A stretch of 63,469 nucleotides of DNA, the filler included. It is 15 parts of 15 records of this genome, joined end to end, with 100 filler letters (N's around TTAATTAATTAA, not from the genome) between each part and the next. Parts side by side here need not be neighbours in the genome. Positions count along the whole stretch, not along the records: positions 17,123 to 29,344 come from SRR36015646_17862; positions 29,445 to 33,141 come from SRR36015646_18021; positions 33,242 to 37,329 come from SRR36015646_18136; 12 more parts are not named here. The stretch is one strand, 5' to 3'. Below, piece after piece: positions 23,956 through 37,429 of the stretch. Made by a program: the position numbers and the translations under genes. Within the stretch, counting starts at the first letter, position 1. Each line of letters starts with the position of its first letter. The notes under the pieces are model-generated. The model saw nothing but the letters and a program-made list of their open reading frames with translations, did no database searches and was not told where the DNA came from.

Positions 23956-24016
23956 TATTAAAAGAACATAGTTCATAAATGAAACTTAACTTCATCACAT
24001 ATTTCTGCCATATTAA
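23956..24016 (-). tRNA. trnL2: tRNA-Leu (TAA)
   Basis: TGGCAGAA D arm; ATGAA-GTTAAGT-TTCAT. Confidence 0.78.
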
Positions 24017-24017
24017 T

Positions 24018-24078
24018 TTAGTAAATTATAATAATACCCTAGAAATGAAAATTCTAAATCCTACTTAGACTACTACTA
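24018..24078 (-). tRNA. trnE: tRNA-Glu (TTC)
   Basis: TAGAA-TTTTCAT-TTCTA arm. Confidence 0.7.
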
Positions 24079-24079
24079 C

Positions 24080-25640
<1,561 letters not shown>

Positions 25641-25641
25641 T

Positions 25642-27339
25642 TTAAATAAAAGATCAAATTATTATCAAAAAAAATAAACAAAAAAAAGAAAAGGAAAATA
25701 AATCTTGTAAATTAACACGACGAAATCACTCTAAAATAAATCCTAATATTCTCAACCCAATATAATTTCTATATGAAATAAAATTTTCTAATCAAACTAT
25801 ATCACTCTCTAAGATACTATACCTCCCCTTTGTTCACCCCCATCTTATAAAATCAACTCTAATCTTTGTTAATCTTCATATATCACTCTGCAGTACAACA
25901 AAAAAACCCCTAAAACCCCTTATAAAAAAAAAAACCATACCACCCAAAAATAATATAAAAAATCCAAAAATTTTATCCCTAAAAAAAATATTTTCATCAA
26001 CAATCAACTCAATAAATCTCATTAATACTCCTACCCATATTAAAGAAACTATTCTTAAAACATATACAGGTATCAAAATTCAAAACTTAGATATTCTTCT
26101 AAATCCAATCAAATTTCTAAATATAAAATAACCCCCTAATCCATTAATTAATCGTAAGCTATACCCTATTGTTAAACTTACCCCCATTAATAAAATAAAA
26201 ATAAAAAAAAAAGAAAATCTACTCTGCACACCCCTCTCTAAAATCAAATCTTTAGAATAAAATCCCCTAAAAAAAGGAAACCCTACCAAAGAAAACCTAT
26301 TACATAAAAATAAAAATCCTAAAAATCCTCCATAATTTAAAAATCCTCCAAGTAATCGAAAATCTTGTGCCCCCAACCTCTTTCTTATAACCCCCCCAAT
26401 AACTATAAAAAGAGAAGCTTTAAACAAAGCATGAGTTATTATATGAAAAAAAGCTATTAAAGGAAAACACAAACCTAAACAAAAAAATATAAAACCCAAC
26501 TGTCTTAAAGTTGACAAAGCTACAACCTTTTTTGCGTCTATCTCCACCATTGCTATCAAACCAGCCATTAATAAAGTAAAAGAAGAAATTATTAATAACA
26601 TGTTAACAAAAATTATATCTTCCAATATTATTTTCCCCAATCGAAACAACAAATAAACTCCAGCAGTTACCAAAGTAGAAGAATGCACAAGAGAAGAAAC
26701 AGGGGTAGGAGCTGCTATAGCAGCAGGTAATCAAACTCTAAAAGGAAACTGTGCACTCTTAGTTACCCCTGTTAATAGTAACATATATCCCATATATAAA
26801 CCAATTATCCCATCATTTATTAAATATCCTTCCCTTAAATCAAACAACCCTATAAATATTAATACTAAAACCAACAATATTCTGGCATCTCCCACCCGAT
26901 TTATATTAAATGTTAAATAACCTGCCCTAGCCGACCGAGTATCATCATAATAAATAATTAGTAAGAAAGAAGAAACTCCTAATAAATCCCAACCCCAAAA
27001 TAAAATCAATCAACTCCCCGCTCTAACAACCAACCCTATAGAAAAACAAAAAAAAATTAAAAGCCAAAAAAAAACAAATTTTTTTTGGTATCCTTCCATA
27101 TAACTAATTCTAAAAAAATAAATATTAAAAGAAATAATAAAAATTACCATAAGATAAACTAAAGATATATAATCTAAATATATAGAAATTTTACCCCATC
27201 CTATAAACCCCAGATAGTTTCAATCCACAATAAAATTAGTTAAACCAAAAAATTTTAACAATAAACCCAAAATTAAAACAAATCCAAATAATAAAAATAA
27301 CGAAAAAAAAAAAGGATACTGCTCAAACCGTCAAATTAT
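25642..27339 (-). CDS. nad5: NADH dehydrogenase subunit 5
   Basis: GWDLLG, NRVGD, TKSAQFPF, PTPVSSLVHSSTLVTAG, KKVVALST, HALFKA, GFYSKD. Confidence 0.96.
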
Positions 27340-27409
27340 TAAATTTATAACCAAAATTAATAGCCTTTAAATCTAATAATCCTTTTAATTATTATACCAA
27401 ATTAATAAT

Positions 27410-27470
27410 AGTTTTAATAAATATCAAAAATTCCACACATTTTCAGTTTAAACTTAACCTATAAAACTAT
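27410..27470 (-). tRNA. trnH: tRNA-His (GTG)
   Basis: TAGTTTT/AAAACTA acceptor; AAAAT-GTGTGGA-ATTTT; lies between nad4 and nad5. Confidence 0.78.
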
Positions 27471-27471
27471 A

Positions 27472-28813
27472 CATAACATTATTAAAAAAAAAAAGAAAGA
27501 AAAAATCCTCCAAATCCGATAGGTCAAAATATTCTTCAACATAATATAAACTCACGCATCCTAAATATTTCAAGACCCATTCTTTCTACTAATTCTCCAT
27601 GATAACACAACACAAAATAATACATAGTAATTAACCCCCTAATTAAAAAACATAAGAAACAAACAAAAAAAGAAAATCTTCCAATATTAAACAAAATTCC
27701 AAAAAAAATTATAAATTCAGAATAAAACCTTATTAAAGGAGGTATACCCAAATTACATAAAATACATAATGATCATAACAAAACACCACATCTTAAAAAT
27801 CGTAGCATTGATCTTACTAAAAATACCCTACGACTCCCTCCACGTTCATATATAAAGTTAGCTACACAAAATAGTCTACAAGAAACTAAACCATGAGATA
27901 ACATTATTATAATACATCCCCGAGACCCTATACTTCTACCCACTAGTAATCCAGCTACTAATAAAGACATATGGACTACAGATGAATAAGCAATATAACA
28001 TTTTAAATCAGACTGCCGAAATGTAATAATTATACACATTAAAGACCCTAATAAACCCCAAGAAAGTATTATGTATATTAATTTACTTATTCTTATACTC
28101 AAAAAAAAAAAAAAACGACTAATTCCATATCCACCCAATTTTAACAAAACCCCAGCTAACAACATAGACCCTCCAATAGGAGCCTCTACATGAGCTTTAG
28201 GAAGTCATAAATGCAAACCAAATATAGGAAGTTTTACAAAAAAACTAATTAACACCCCCAATCCTAATAGATAGTAAAATTCTATTTTTACAAAATCTAT
28301 AAAAAACAAAAATTTTCATCTTAATCTCCCCTCTAAAAAAACAATACTAATTAAGAACGGAATTGAACCAAATAAAGTATACAAAACCAAATATAATCTA
28401 GCCCGCCAACGTTCAGGCTGAGAGCCATAGTAGATAATCATTAGTAAAGTTCCAAGTATTCCTGCTTCAAACCAAATATAAAAATATACAACATAATTTA
28501 CTATAAAAAAAAATAATAACCTAATAAAACTTAATACTACTAAAGCCAATAAAAATATCCTAAAAAAAAAATTATTCCGAATACTTCTTATAGCATATAA
28601 TAAAAGAAAACAAACCCAAACAACTAATAAAATTATTACTCCCCTTAATCAATCTTTATAAAGTCCACTCACTTCATTTTTTAGCTCAAAAAATAATAAA
28701 AGTATAAATCCTATTATTATAAAACTACCTTGGCTTAAACCCCAAATAGTATCCTTTTTACTTAGCCTCACCACAAAACCTAAAAAAACAAAAAAACAAA
28801 AAAATTTCATCAC
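27472..28813 (-). CDS. nad4: NADH dehydrogenase subunit 4 (GTG or ATG start; incomplete stop)
   Basis: YGSQPER, HLWLPKAHVEAP, LLKLGGYG, IAYSSVVHM, SHG. Confidence 0.96.
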
Positions 28814-28827
28814 TTTATTAAATTTTA

Positions 28828-28889
28828 AACTAAAGACCTAAATCTAATTATAAACCGAAATTATATGTAATTAATATCACTTTTTAGTT
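28828..28889 (-). tRNA. trnR: tRNA-Arg (TCG)
   Basis: AACTAAA/TTTAGTT acceptor; TATAA-TTTCGGT-TTATA. Confidence 0.75.
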
Positions 28890-28948
28890 AATAAAAAGAA
28901 TAACCTATATAAAAATTTACAATTTTCTACTATTTCAGCCACTTTATT
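28889..28948 (-). tRNA. trnY: tRNA-Tyr (GTA)
   Basis: TGGCTGA D arm; GAAAA-TTGTAAA-TTTTT. Confidence 0.75.
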
Positions 28949-28956
28949 TTTTAGCC

Positions 28957-29017
28957 TAAACAAAATTTTATTAACTTTTAACTGACAGTTAAGTATTATA
29001 ATTTTAACTACTGTTTA
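28957..29017 (-). tRNA. trnD: tRNA-Asp (GTC)
   Basis: TAGTTAAA D arm; TTAA-CTGTCAG-TTAA. Confidence 0.75.
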
Positions 29018-29019
29018 AA

Positions 29020-29084
29020 CACAAAACATTATCTAATATCATTAAATTTGAAGTCTAATAGTTTAACTTTAACATAGCTTTGTA
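29020..29084 (-). tRNA. trnW: tRNA-Trp (TCA)
   Basis: GTTAAAGTTAAAC D arm; TTAGA-CTTCAAA-TTTAA. Confidence 0.75.
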
Positions 29085-29344
29085 AATATTACATGAACCC
29101 AATCTTAAACCTTGTTTAACCCAAAATATCTTCAAACTATCCAAATTTTTAAACAAATCAAACATCATTTCATAATTTTATTTATTTTTTTTTTTATTTT
29201 ATTAACATAACGTTTTTTAAATAACATCACAACTTATATAAATCTCCTGTTAAAAATAAATACTTTTTTTGATTAAAAAAAAAAAAAAAGTTATAACATA
29301 AAAATTTTCTCACCTATCTTTTATTATTTTGATTAGTAATCTCA
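29085..29344. other. AT-rich non-coding mitochondrial region, probably part of the control region
   Basis: No gene recognisable; long poly-T and poly-A runs; the contig breaks here. Confidence 0.55.
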
Positions 29345-29444
29345 NNNNNNNNNNNNNNNNNNNNNNNNNNNNNNNNNNNNNNNNNNNNTTAATTAATTAA
29401 NNNNNNNNNNNNNNNNNNNNNNNNNNNNNNNNNNNNNNNNNNNN

Positions 29445-32400
29445 GTCCTCCGGTTTACGCTGTGTTGTTTGAGCAGCCACAATAATAATGAGTACGATGA
29501 ATGGGCTCCATCTGCTGAAATAGCGCCAAAAGTTATTTTCAGACAAGCTAAATGATATTTTTTGATGGTCCAATAGCACTGCAGGTTGCTTGACATAGTA
29601 TGCCAGCTCATCAATGGCGTTTAGGTCCAACAGTTTCCCATGGCTGTCTATTCGCTCTTGCAAGTTCATCTCATAGTTCTGAGCAACTCGTATATGGCTT
29701 GTGTGCTTAGCCACCAGAATCATAAGTCCAACAACTGCAAAAAGTTTAAACGGTCCATTAACAAAAGTTCCTTGAACTGTGCTGAGACCCATAGATGCGA
29801 GCCAGTCTAATGACTTTTGTTTACCAAAACGCAATCCGTAAAGTATAATAAAAAATGTAATTAAAAGTGCCATACTCCATGCTAGCACGGTCGTTATGTA
29901 TGTACTCCACCATGGTAAAAGCCTGGGAGAGTTCTCAAAGTCTAGGATAAAATTCGCGACCACAAAATTCTTTGCGTTTATTGCAAAGTGTTTAATTTTT
30001 GCAAAGATAGTAGATCGCTTTTCTTTTATAGTGTCATCGGACTCCTCCTCGGCTAGTAGCTTAATTACTTGTTCCAGATAAGTAGCTTCTTGAATTGACA
30101 TTGCATCGTCTACCTGTAGTTTTCCTTGCCCTCCATTGCTTTGTGAAGTGCTTGCAATACGTCCATCAAAACTGTTAATACGGTGTGTCTTATCCCCTAT
30201 GTTTTCAGGAAGCTTCGATTTTCTTTCCTCCTTGCATTTTTTCTTTTCGAGAGCCAACGTCGTTCCCCGATGCTTTGTGTACATCAACTCAATAACAGAT
30301 TGTTGCTGGGATACAAGCTTTCTGTTCTCAGGTAATTTTAGCTTGGTCTTTGATTTTCTTGCCAAGTACAAAAATAGAAGCAACCAGTTTAATGGAAGCA
30401 CGATAAGTGTGCTTTGAAAAGCTATAATAGCGTATTCAATTTTGAAACCAAATGCTGCGATCTCACTTGGCGTCATTTCTGCTTCCTCCGGAACCCCATA
30501 AAACATCAAACTAGTTAGCATCACGGATAAGAACAAGACAAAGAAGACGGTATACCTTGAAAGTCGACTAAAATGATCCAGCAATCCATCCTTTCGTAAG
30601 TTTGAAAATATGTATGATTCGCGAAGTTGGCCGTGTGTTGTTGTTTCAAACAAAGGGTATCGATTCATTATCTCATCTTTTGATGCTACTGGAAATATAA
30701 CGTAATTGTCAATTTCCATCATTGTCATTCCAATCCACTGATTACACAGAAAGTAGAATTTTGTCCGAGAAAATACATCATGGATAATGACTCGACTTAA
30801 ATACCATGTAGGATCACTGCCAGCCTCATCATGAAATATTACAATGTGCGTAATATTACCCAGATGTTGTTGACCCCATACAAGGAATGTGTCAACAGAG
30901 GCTCGTTGGCAAATTGGTTTATCACTGTGCAAGTAAAATAAATCGCTAATTCCCTCGTCGCCATACAAAACAATGTGAACACTTGCGGTTGTGCCAGCAT
31001 TCCTTCGTATTCCGGTAAAAAAAGATATTCGATAAGGATAATGCGCATACTCGAATATTTCGCTCAAAGGAACCATTTCAGCTAGTGTCCTCTCATCTTT
31101 ACGGTCTCCCCTGTATCCAAGTGCTGCAACAATCATGTAAATCACCCACACCACACCAACAGCAATGGCTACAACAGGGTTTTCTAAAATTGTTGCAAAC
31201 AAGAATATATCTTTGGCAAGGTCCAATGTGTTTGGAACAATCCACATACTTCCTCCAAATGTTGTAAGGTGATTGCAAATGCAGTGCACATAATTCCGCG
31301 ATGTAAGTGGACCCACTTCACAACCATCTCTTTTCCATGCGTTTTCTTGATCATCCCAATATGTACACGAGGCAGAAAAAAGTCGTACACCAATAGTTGT
31401 TTCTTTGTTGGATCTAATTAGTATGTTGTACGAGCCTAATGACAAATTGCGTAGCAATAAGGTATTGCCATCATCTATGCTTTTGAAGCCCTTAAGATGT
31501 TCTACTTTCATTTCGTGCAAGACATACATTTTTTCGTTGCCATATGTTATGGGCGGAGCGCGTTCTTTTTGTGGTAGTGTTACATTCAAGTCACAAGTTA
31601 TGTTGTTGATATACCCAAAGATATCTGACTCATTGGCAATTGATATGTCATCTTTGGTCACACAAACAATTAGCGATATGTCTTTCTCTTTCAGTGGCTT
31701 TATGCAAAAAATCGTTGGAGATTCAGTATTCTCAACACTCAAATTGAAAAAGAAGCCAAGAGGTGTGACAGTCTTCTCAACGTAATCAGAATTTGCTGCA
31801 CTTTCTGTTGCAGATGCCAGAAGTATGTGCAATGGTTCATTCAGTTTTGTCATTTTTCTTTGGCTACTATTGTCTCCATCTGTGATCGACAATGAGGTCA
31901 AGGAGGTTGTGATCTTATCTTTGTCTTTGAAACCAACATATGGGTCATTCGCTAATGTTATTGCTTTGACATTAATGTTGTTGTTAGACGTGGTGGTTAA
32001 CGTAGGTATTCTTAGAATTGATGGACGTTTTACACCAAGTGGCTTCAACTGCATAACACTGTTTGACATGGAATTTGAACTCCCTTTCTTCACCGCTACT
32101 GCTACATTTTTCGTTTGAACGACTATGGGATGGACGTCTGCCAGAGACATCGCAATGTCTGCAGCAAATTCAAGATTGCAGATGTTAGCTTCTCCAACAC
32201 TTGATGTTTTAGTGCAGTCACCACTTCTACCGTCAGGATCCAAGGCCTCAGACTCTTCCTCACGTTCACGTACCAACTCGAGACTTGCGTCAAGCAGATT
32301 GGAAATACCTGATGTTACGGACATTAAAAAATGATAGAAATTTTTTGAATCAACGCTTCTCTGCTCCCTTATTTTCGTATTGAGCTCTTTTTTAGCAGTG

Positions 32401-33141
32401 GCAATTACCTTACTTAACACAACAGTACCGGCTCGCTGTGTCTGATCACCAACTTCACTTGGCACTGAGCTTAGGTCTTCAACTAGGTGGCTGACTTGTT
32501 CTAGAATATGAATATTTTTCTTCTGCATATTAAGTTTTCTGATGTCTGTCATGATGTTTTTTCGTTTCTTAGATCTATCAACTTTTAATGTTCCATGGCC
32601 TTCACTTGCCTTTTTGCTCTCTTTATTTAGCTCGCTAGTCCGAAACTCTATATGAGTGAGTGTTTCTTGCTGATCTTTTTCCGTAATGAATTTGTAGTCT
32701 TTTGACCATGTTATATCGTTCTCAGTAGGTGGGATTACACGTGCCTGTGCCCTCTTAATTATGGATTGACCACAATAGCCAACTATTTCAACAATAATAT
32801 ACAATGGATCACCTGGAGGCAAATGTATATCTTTGGCACTGCCATATTTTCCGCTAGATAAGAGCGGTAACTCATGATGCTTCCACGGATTTACTAGCAT
32901 GTCCTTTATTTTCTGATCTGTTAGTTTTACTATCTGTTCGTTAGTGGTGAAGTAAATGTTGTATTTGTGCACACCGGTGGTTTTGTCGCAGATAATGCTA
33001 GTGCGGTCATAAAAGGCACGAAGGACTGCTGTATTGTTGGTAATCTTACAGTTCGCAATATTGACAATCTTGTCCATTTTGTAAAGATCGCACATCCCTT
33101 CTAAAAAAAGAGTAATTAATAGTACAACCTGCAAAGTCAAT
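29445..33141 (-). CDS. Polycystin-1-family (PKD1L/PKDREJ-like) protein, uninterrupted 3.7-kb frame, both ends partial
   Basis: GPS motif CTYWD...WKRDGC...CICNHLTTFG, then TM1, PLAT/LH2 domain (FFTGIRRNAGTTASVHIVLYG...HD...WYLSRV...FLCNQW), then further TMs (LPWW, LYGLRFG). Confidence 0.92.
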
Positions 33142-33483
33142 NNNNNNNNNNNNNNNNNNNNNNNNNNNNNNNNNNNNNNNNNNNNTTAATTAATTAANNN
33201 NNNNNNNNNNNNNNNNNNNNNNNNNNNNNNNNNNNNNNNNNTTCAGAATATAAAATTATAGACCGTCTGTAGCACTTATACATGGTACATATTTGGCATT
33301 AGTGACTTAGGCAGTTTTCAGATAATCAGCCATGTGCCTCTAGTTTCTATCACACCTGATTTTCAATACTATGACTATACAGGCGCACGGTACATCATTA
33401 TGCACCGTACCATACATTTTAATCTTTAATACAGCTTGTTTCAAGAGTATCCCACACTTGCACTGTACATTTTTTATTTTTAG

Positions 33484-36400
33484 CACACCTGGTTTTCAGG
33501 AATATCCAGCACCTGTAACCACACCTGATTCTTCCTCATCATCACCCACATCGCTCCACAGTAATGTCATGACAATCAAAATGTTGTTAATGTTAGATAA
33601 ATATGTAACCGCAAGACCAAGTTTAAATTTTTCCTCATTGTTTCAATGCGTGAAAACAATACTACTTACTACACATCCAAATTTGAATTTCTCAGAATCA
33701 TGGCTTCGATCAGTAGTACAGAAGAAAAAACTACAGCGTGGTGCTATTTTGAAATCAAAAGATGTTGTAAAAAAACAAAGTGACTTAACACATTTCTTGA
33801 ACTGTGGTATTTCGTTACCAGCTGAGAATGTAGAGAAAAAACGTAAATTATGCGCACAACCAGACACTTGTAAAAACTGTGCTACAGTGGAAACTGTCAA
33901 TAAAACCGTGTGCGCGGAACTTCATTCAGTGCAAAAAAATCTAGAGTGTGCTAAACAAGAACTTCAATCTAAAACAAATGAAAATCTCGTACTTGCAAGC
34001 AAACTCAAACTTTACAATCCTAGAGTTATGAATCAGAAAATAAAACGGAGAACAAAATGTATTAGTAAGTTAACCAAAAGAATTCATACCTTGGAAAAAG
34101 ATCAAAAAGTAAACAAAATTACAAGTTGTCAGCAAAGTTGTGAGCAGAAAGCTAGAGCTCTTAAACGGATGAGAGATATGCGTTACTATTACACAAAAAA
34201 ACGGAAAGTTGATGAAAAGACGACTGTACAGGAATATGGCCAATTTGACAAAAATCTTGCGTATCTCGAAAATGAAAATGAACAATTAAAAGAAGAACTA
34301 AAACAACACAAAAATGAATCATGGTTACTACAGACAAAATCAGATGGAAAAACATTTCATGCAAAAATTCGAGAAACTGTATTTCGCCTTGCAGTGGCAC
34401 AAGTCTCCGTTGAAAACATGAGCACGATTATGAAAGACGTTGTTGAAACATTGACTCCATACAAATTAGATGTGCTGCCTGATAAAAGCACATGCTGCCG
34501 AATAGTTAGGGAGATGCGTGAAATTTCACGTGCACAAGTGGGTGAAATTTTGCAGGATGCTGCAAATACAACATTAAAGTACGATGGTACTAGCAAGGCA
34601 AAGCATCATTACGCAGAAATACAAATATCCACTGAAAAACAATGTCTCACCACAGGAATACTGGAAATGCCGGGATCTACCGCAGATGATTATGTCAAGT
34701 GTATTAAAACAAACATAACCGACATAGAAAACACAGCAAATAATTTAGTCAAAACTGGAGAATCAAGCATACTAAAAAAAGTAAAAAACACCATGACAGA
34801 CAGGAGCATCACCAACAAAAGTGCAAACGCCAAACTTTTTAATGCAGATAATCAAGCTGATGTAAACTACTTTTATTGTGGCCTGCATCCGATCGATACT
34901 TTTAGTAAATCGGCATCAAAAGCAATAGGAGTATGGGAGCAAAATGCATTGCAAGACTGTGAGAGTGGTCAGACATCATTCAAGCACAGGGGTGAGGCTG
35001 CAACTATTTCTTTCGTAAGGGCTGTATGTAAACTGTTTTACAAAGAAGGAGCTGGCTATCCTGTAGAAGTAGAAGCATTCCTCAACACTAGACAACTCAA
35101 ACGCTCAGTAATTGTACCATTCCGTGGGGAGAGATTCCACGTGTTATTTCGAAATGCGAGTGGCATATATTTTTTGCGGACACATATCAAGGAATTCGTA
35201 GAAAAATATTTCAAAAACGCAAATAGATTAATACAGGCTGTTTCAAATGATATATCAAAGGAGGGGATCATAATTGCATGTCGAGCTCTGGGCTTGATCG
35301 GAAAAGTTATCACAGGACCATGGATGAAACTGGTAGAAAAACACACAACTAACATTCTTGAACTGAATGACTACTATGAAGAGGCGGTGGAGAAACTGCA
35401 GGCATGGTCTCAGGATGGAAGTTCAATTGTTAATGGAACAGCAAGGTTGTTTTCCAAAGTACCTGTAGCACTAGATGATCCAACTGCACCAGATCATGTC
35501 TGGGTGTCACTAATGCAATCCAACAGTGATGATGGCAAGGTAAAAGTTTTGTGCGAGGCTATTGTACAATCAATTTTGAAAGATTGCTTGCGCCAATTAT
35601 CAGATCAGCTCCCTGGCGGAAAATTTTGGAGACCATCGACACAGGTTGTGGAGCAAGCTAAATCATGTGCTAGCCACAATATATCTGGAGAAAGGGTATT
35701 CGGTCAGTTAGACTACGAAATAAGACGTGCGCCAAATGCCAAATTGGCCTATTCTGAATCAAAAATCATGTGCCGGGAAAACAAAACACTTAGCTGGCTA
35801 TGTAGCAAAGATGAGAAAGTGAAGGAAAATGTATGTAAAAGAGCTATACAACTCGCAGCAGCAAATTTTATTACCGACAAAAGTAGAGAAGAAAACATAA
35901 AGAAACTGAGATCAGAACAATTACAAATGAAGAGACATGAGATTGAAAGCAGAGACATAAGAGCACGCATTAAAAAGGAAAACCTTATTACTGACCTAAT
36001 GGAAATAGGAGGATTGTGGCAAACGGAAGAGGATTTGACAGAACATTTGAACAGTAACAAGTTAAAAAAATCTAAACAAATCACCGAAAAAGCCATCAAA
36101 ATTCAAATCAATGTTCGAAAAGTAATTTTGCAGCAGGATGTTGACAACACCTACTTTTTGTTTTCTAAGGATAAAAAGAAGTTAACCATACCAGAACTGA
36201 CATCAAACCTAATGTTCTTAATACAAGATAAGGTTCCATGCACTGAATCCAGATTAAAAGATATAATTACAACTCCAAATATTTTGTGTGGCAAACGTAT
36301 CATTCATACATGGGACGACGAGGAGTGGCGTGGCATAATAGACAAGATGGTTTCAGAAAACAACAGTGACAATATTGAGTTTGCGGTCAAGTACGATAAT

Positions 36401-36505
36401 GATAACGATACATTTACATACCTGACACTCGACGAAATCGTGACGGATATAAGAAATGGTGATCTCGTCGTGATGTGGGCATTTGATACAACATTTGAAG
36501 AGTAA
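33484..36505 (+). CDS. Large hAT-like DDE transposase (frame open from 33371; probably a 3' exon starting at 33484)
   Basis: LKYDGTS (D), MTDRSITN (D), FYCGLH (CxxH), HNISGERVFG (E); N-terminal coiled coil; tttttatttttag acceptor ending at 33483. Confidence 0.65.
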
Positions 36506-36528
36506 GAAATGGTGATCTCGTCGTGATG
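36450..36528 (+). repeat. Perfect 26-bp direct repeat (36450-36475 and 36503-36528)
   Basis: taagaaatggtgatctcgtcgtgatg twice, 27 bp apart. Confidence 0.95.
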
Positions 36529-37005
36529 GGGGAATGATACATAAAGGCACGTTTTGTAAGTACCTAATTAAGGTATTAGCATACTAAGCTATAAGTGTTT
36601 GCATGGTTACGTTCCTTAAATATGGTAGTTACATGTATGTGTTTGGACGGGTGTTCCAGGCAATTGTTATTGTAACTTGGTCTATTGCCATAGAGATAGG
36701 CCTAGCATAAGAATAAGATAAACTGAATATACGAAATGGCGATAACGGAACACTCTCAGAAGCGGTATCTGAATAAAGTCTTTACCTGTAGGCATATTTA
36801 ATTACGCTAGTAGGTCCCTGAGCTATTTGCATGGATAGGCGTACCTCACTTAAATAAGTTAGGTCTATTTGCATGTATATATATATTTGTTATATGATAT
36901 AGGCCTACATATCAAATTACTAAATATACATAAATTATATAGTAGTGAGCATAATATTTCTTGCAAGTTATGTGATTATTGCATCGGCTATGGCATCGGC
37001 ATTTT

Positions 37006-37147
37006 AAGCATCGACCACCCCTGTGTATGTGAGATACCATTGGCACATGTAGTTTCGGGATCGGCCACAAAATCTAGTATTGGCATCTGCAAAGTTTGAA
37101 ACCTAGTTGTCGGCCTCGGCAAATTGACTAAGCATCGCCCACCCCTG
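37006..37147 (+). repeat. Two copies of a putative hAT-type right terminal inverted repeat (37006-37023, 37130-37147)
   Basis: aagcatcgaccacccctg and aagcatcgcccacccctg (reverse complement starts CAGGGGTG); a third copy is at 47223-47240. Confidence 0.55.
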
Positions 37148-37429
37148 GATGATCGATAACAAAGTAGAACTGTCGATCCCTCGACTCATAGGCTATACCC
37201 TCGCCAGCATTCTCCCCCATTCCTAACTCTAAAACAGCATCACTAAGTGCCTCCCATATATAACAAGAACACCGCTGAACCTGAGGCAGTGACCACCGTT
37301 GGCAGCTATCTTGGATCCAAGATGGCCGANNNNNNNNNNNNNNNNNNNNNNNNNNNNNNNNNNNNNNNNNNNNTTAATTAATTAANNNNNNNNNNNNNNN
37401 NNNNNNNNNNNNNNNNNNNNNNNNNNNNN

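Noticed and set aside
33371-33483. ATG 33371 as the true transposase start
   Set aside because: Encodes an atypical stretch ending in a polypyrimidine tract plus AG; more likely intron read-through
36450-36528. Repeat-spacer-repeat resembling a minimal CRISPR array
   Set aside because: Only two copies, inside a eukaryotic transposase ORF, with no cas genes and no palindrome
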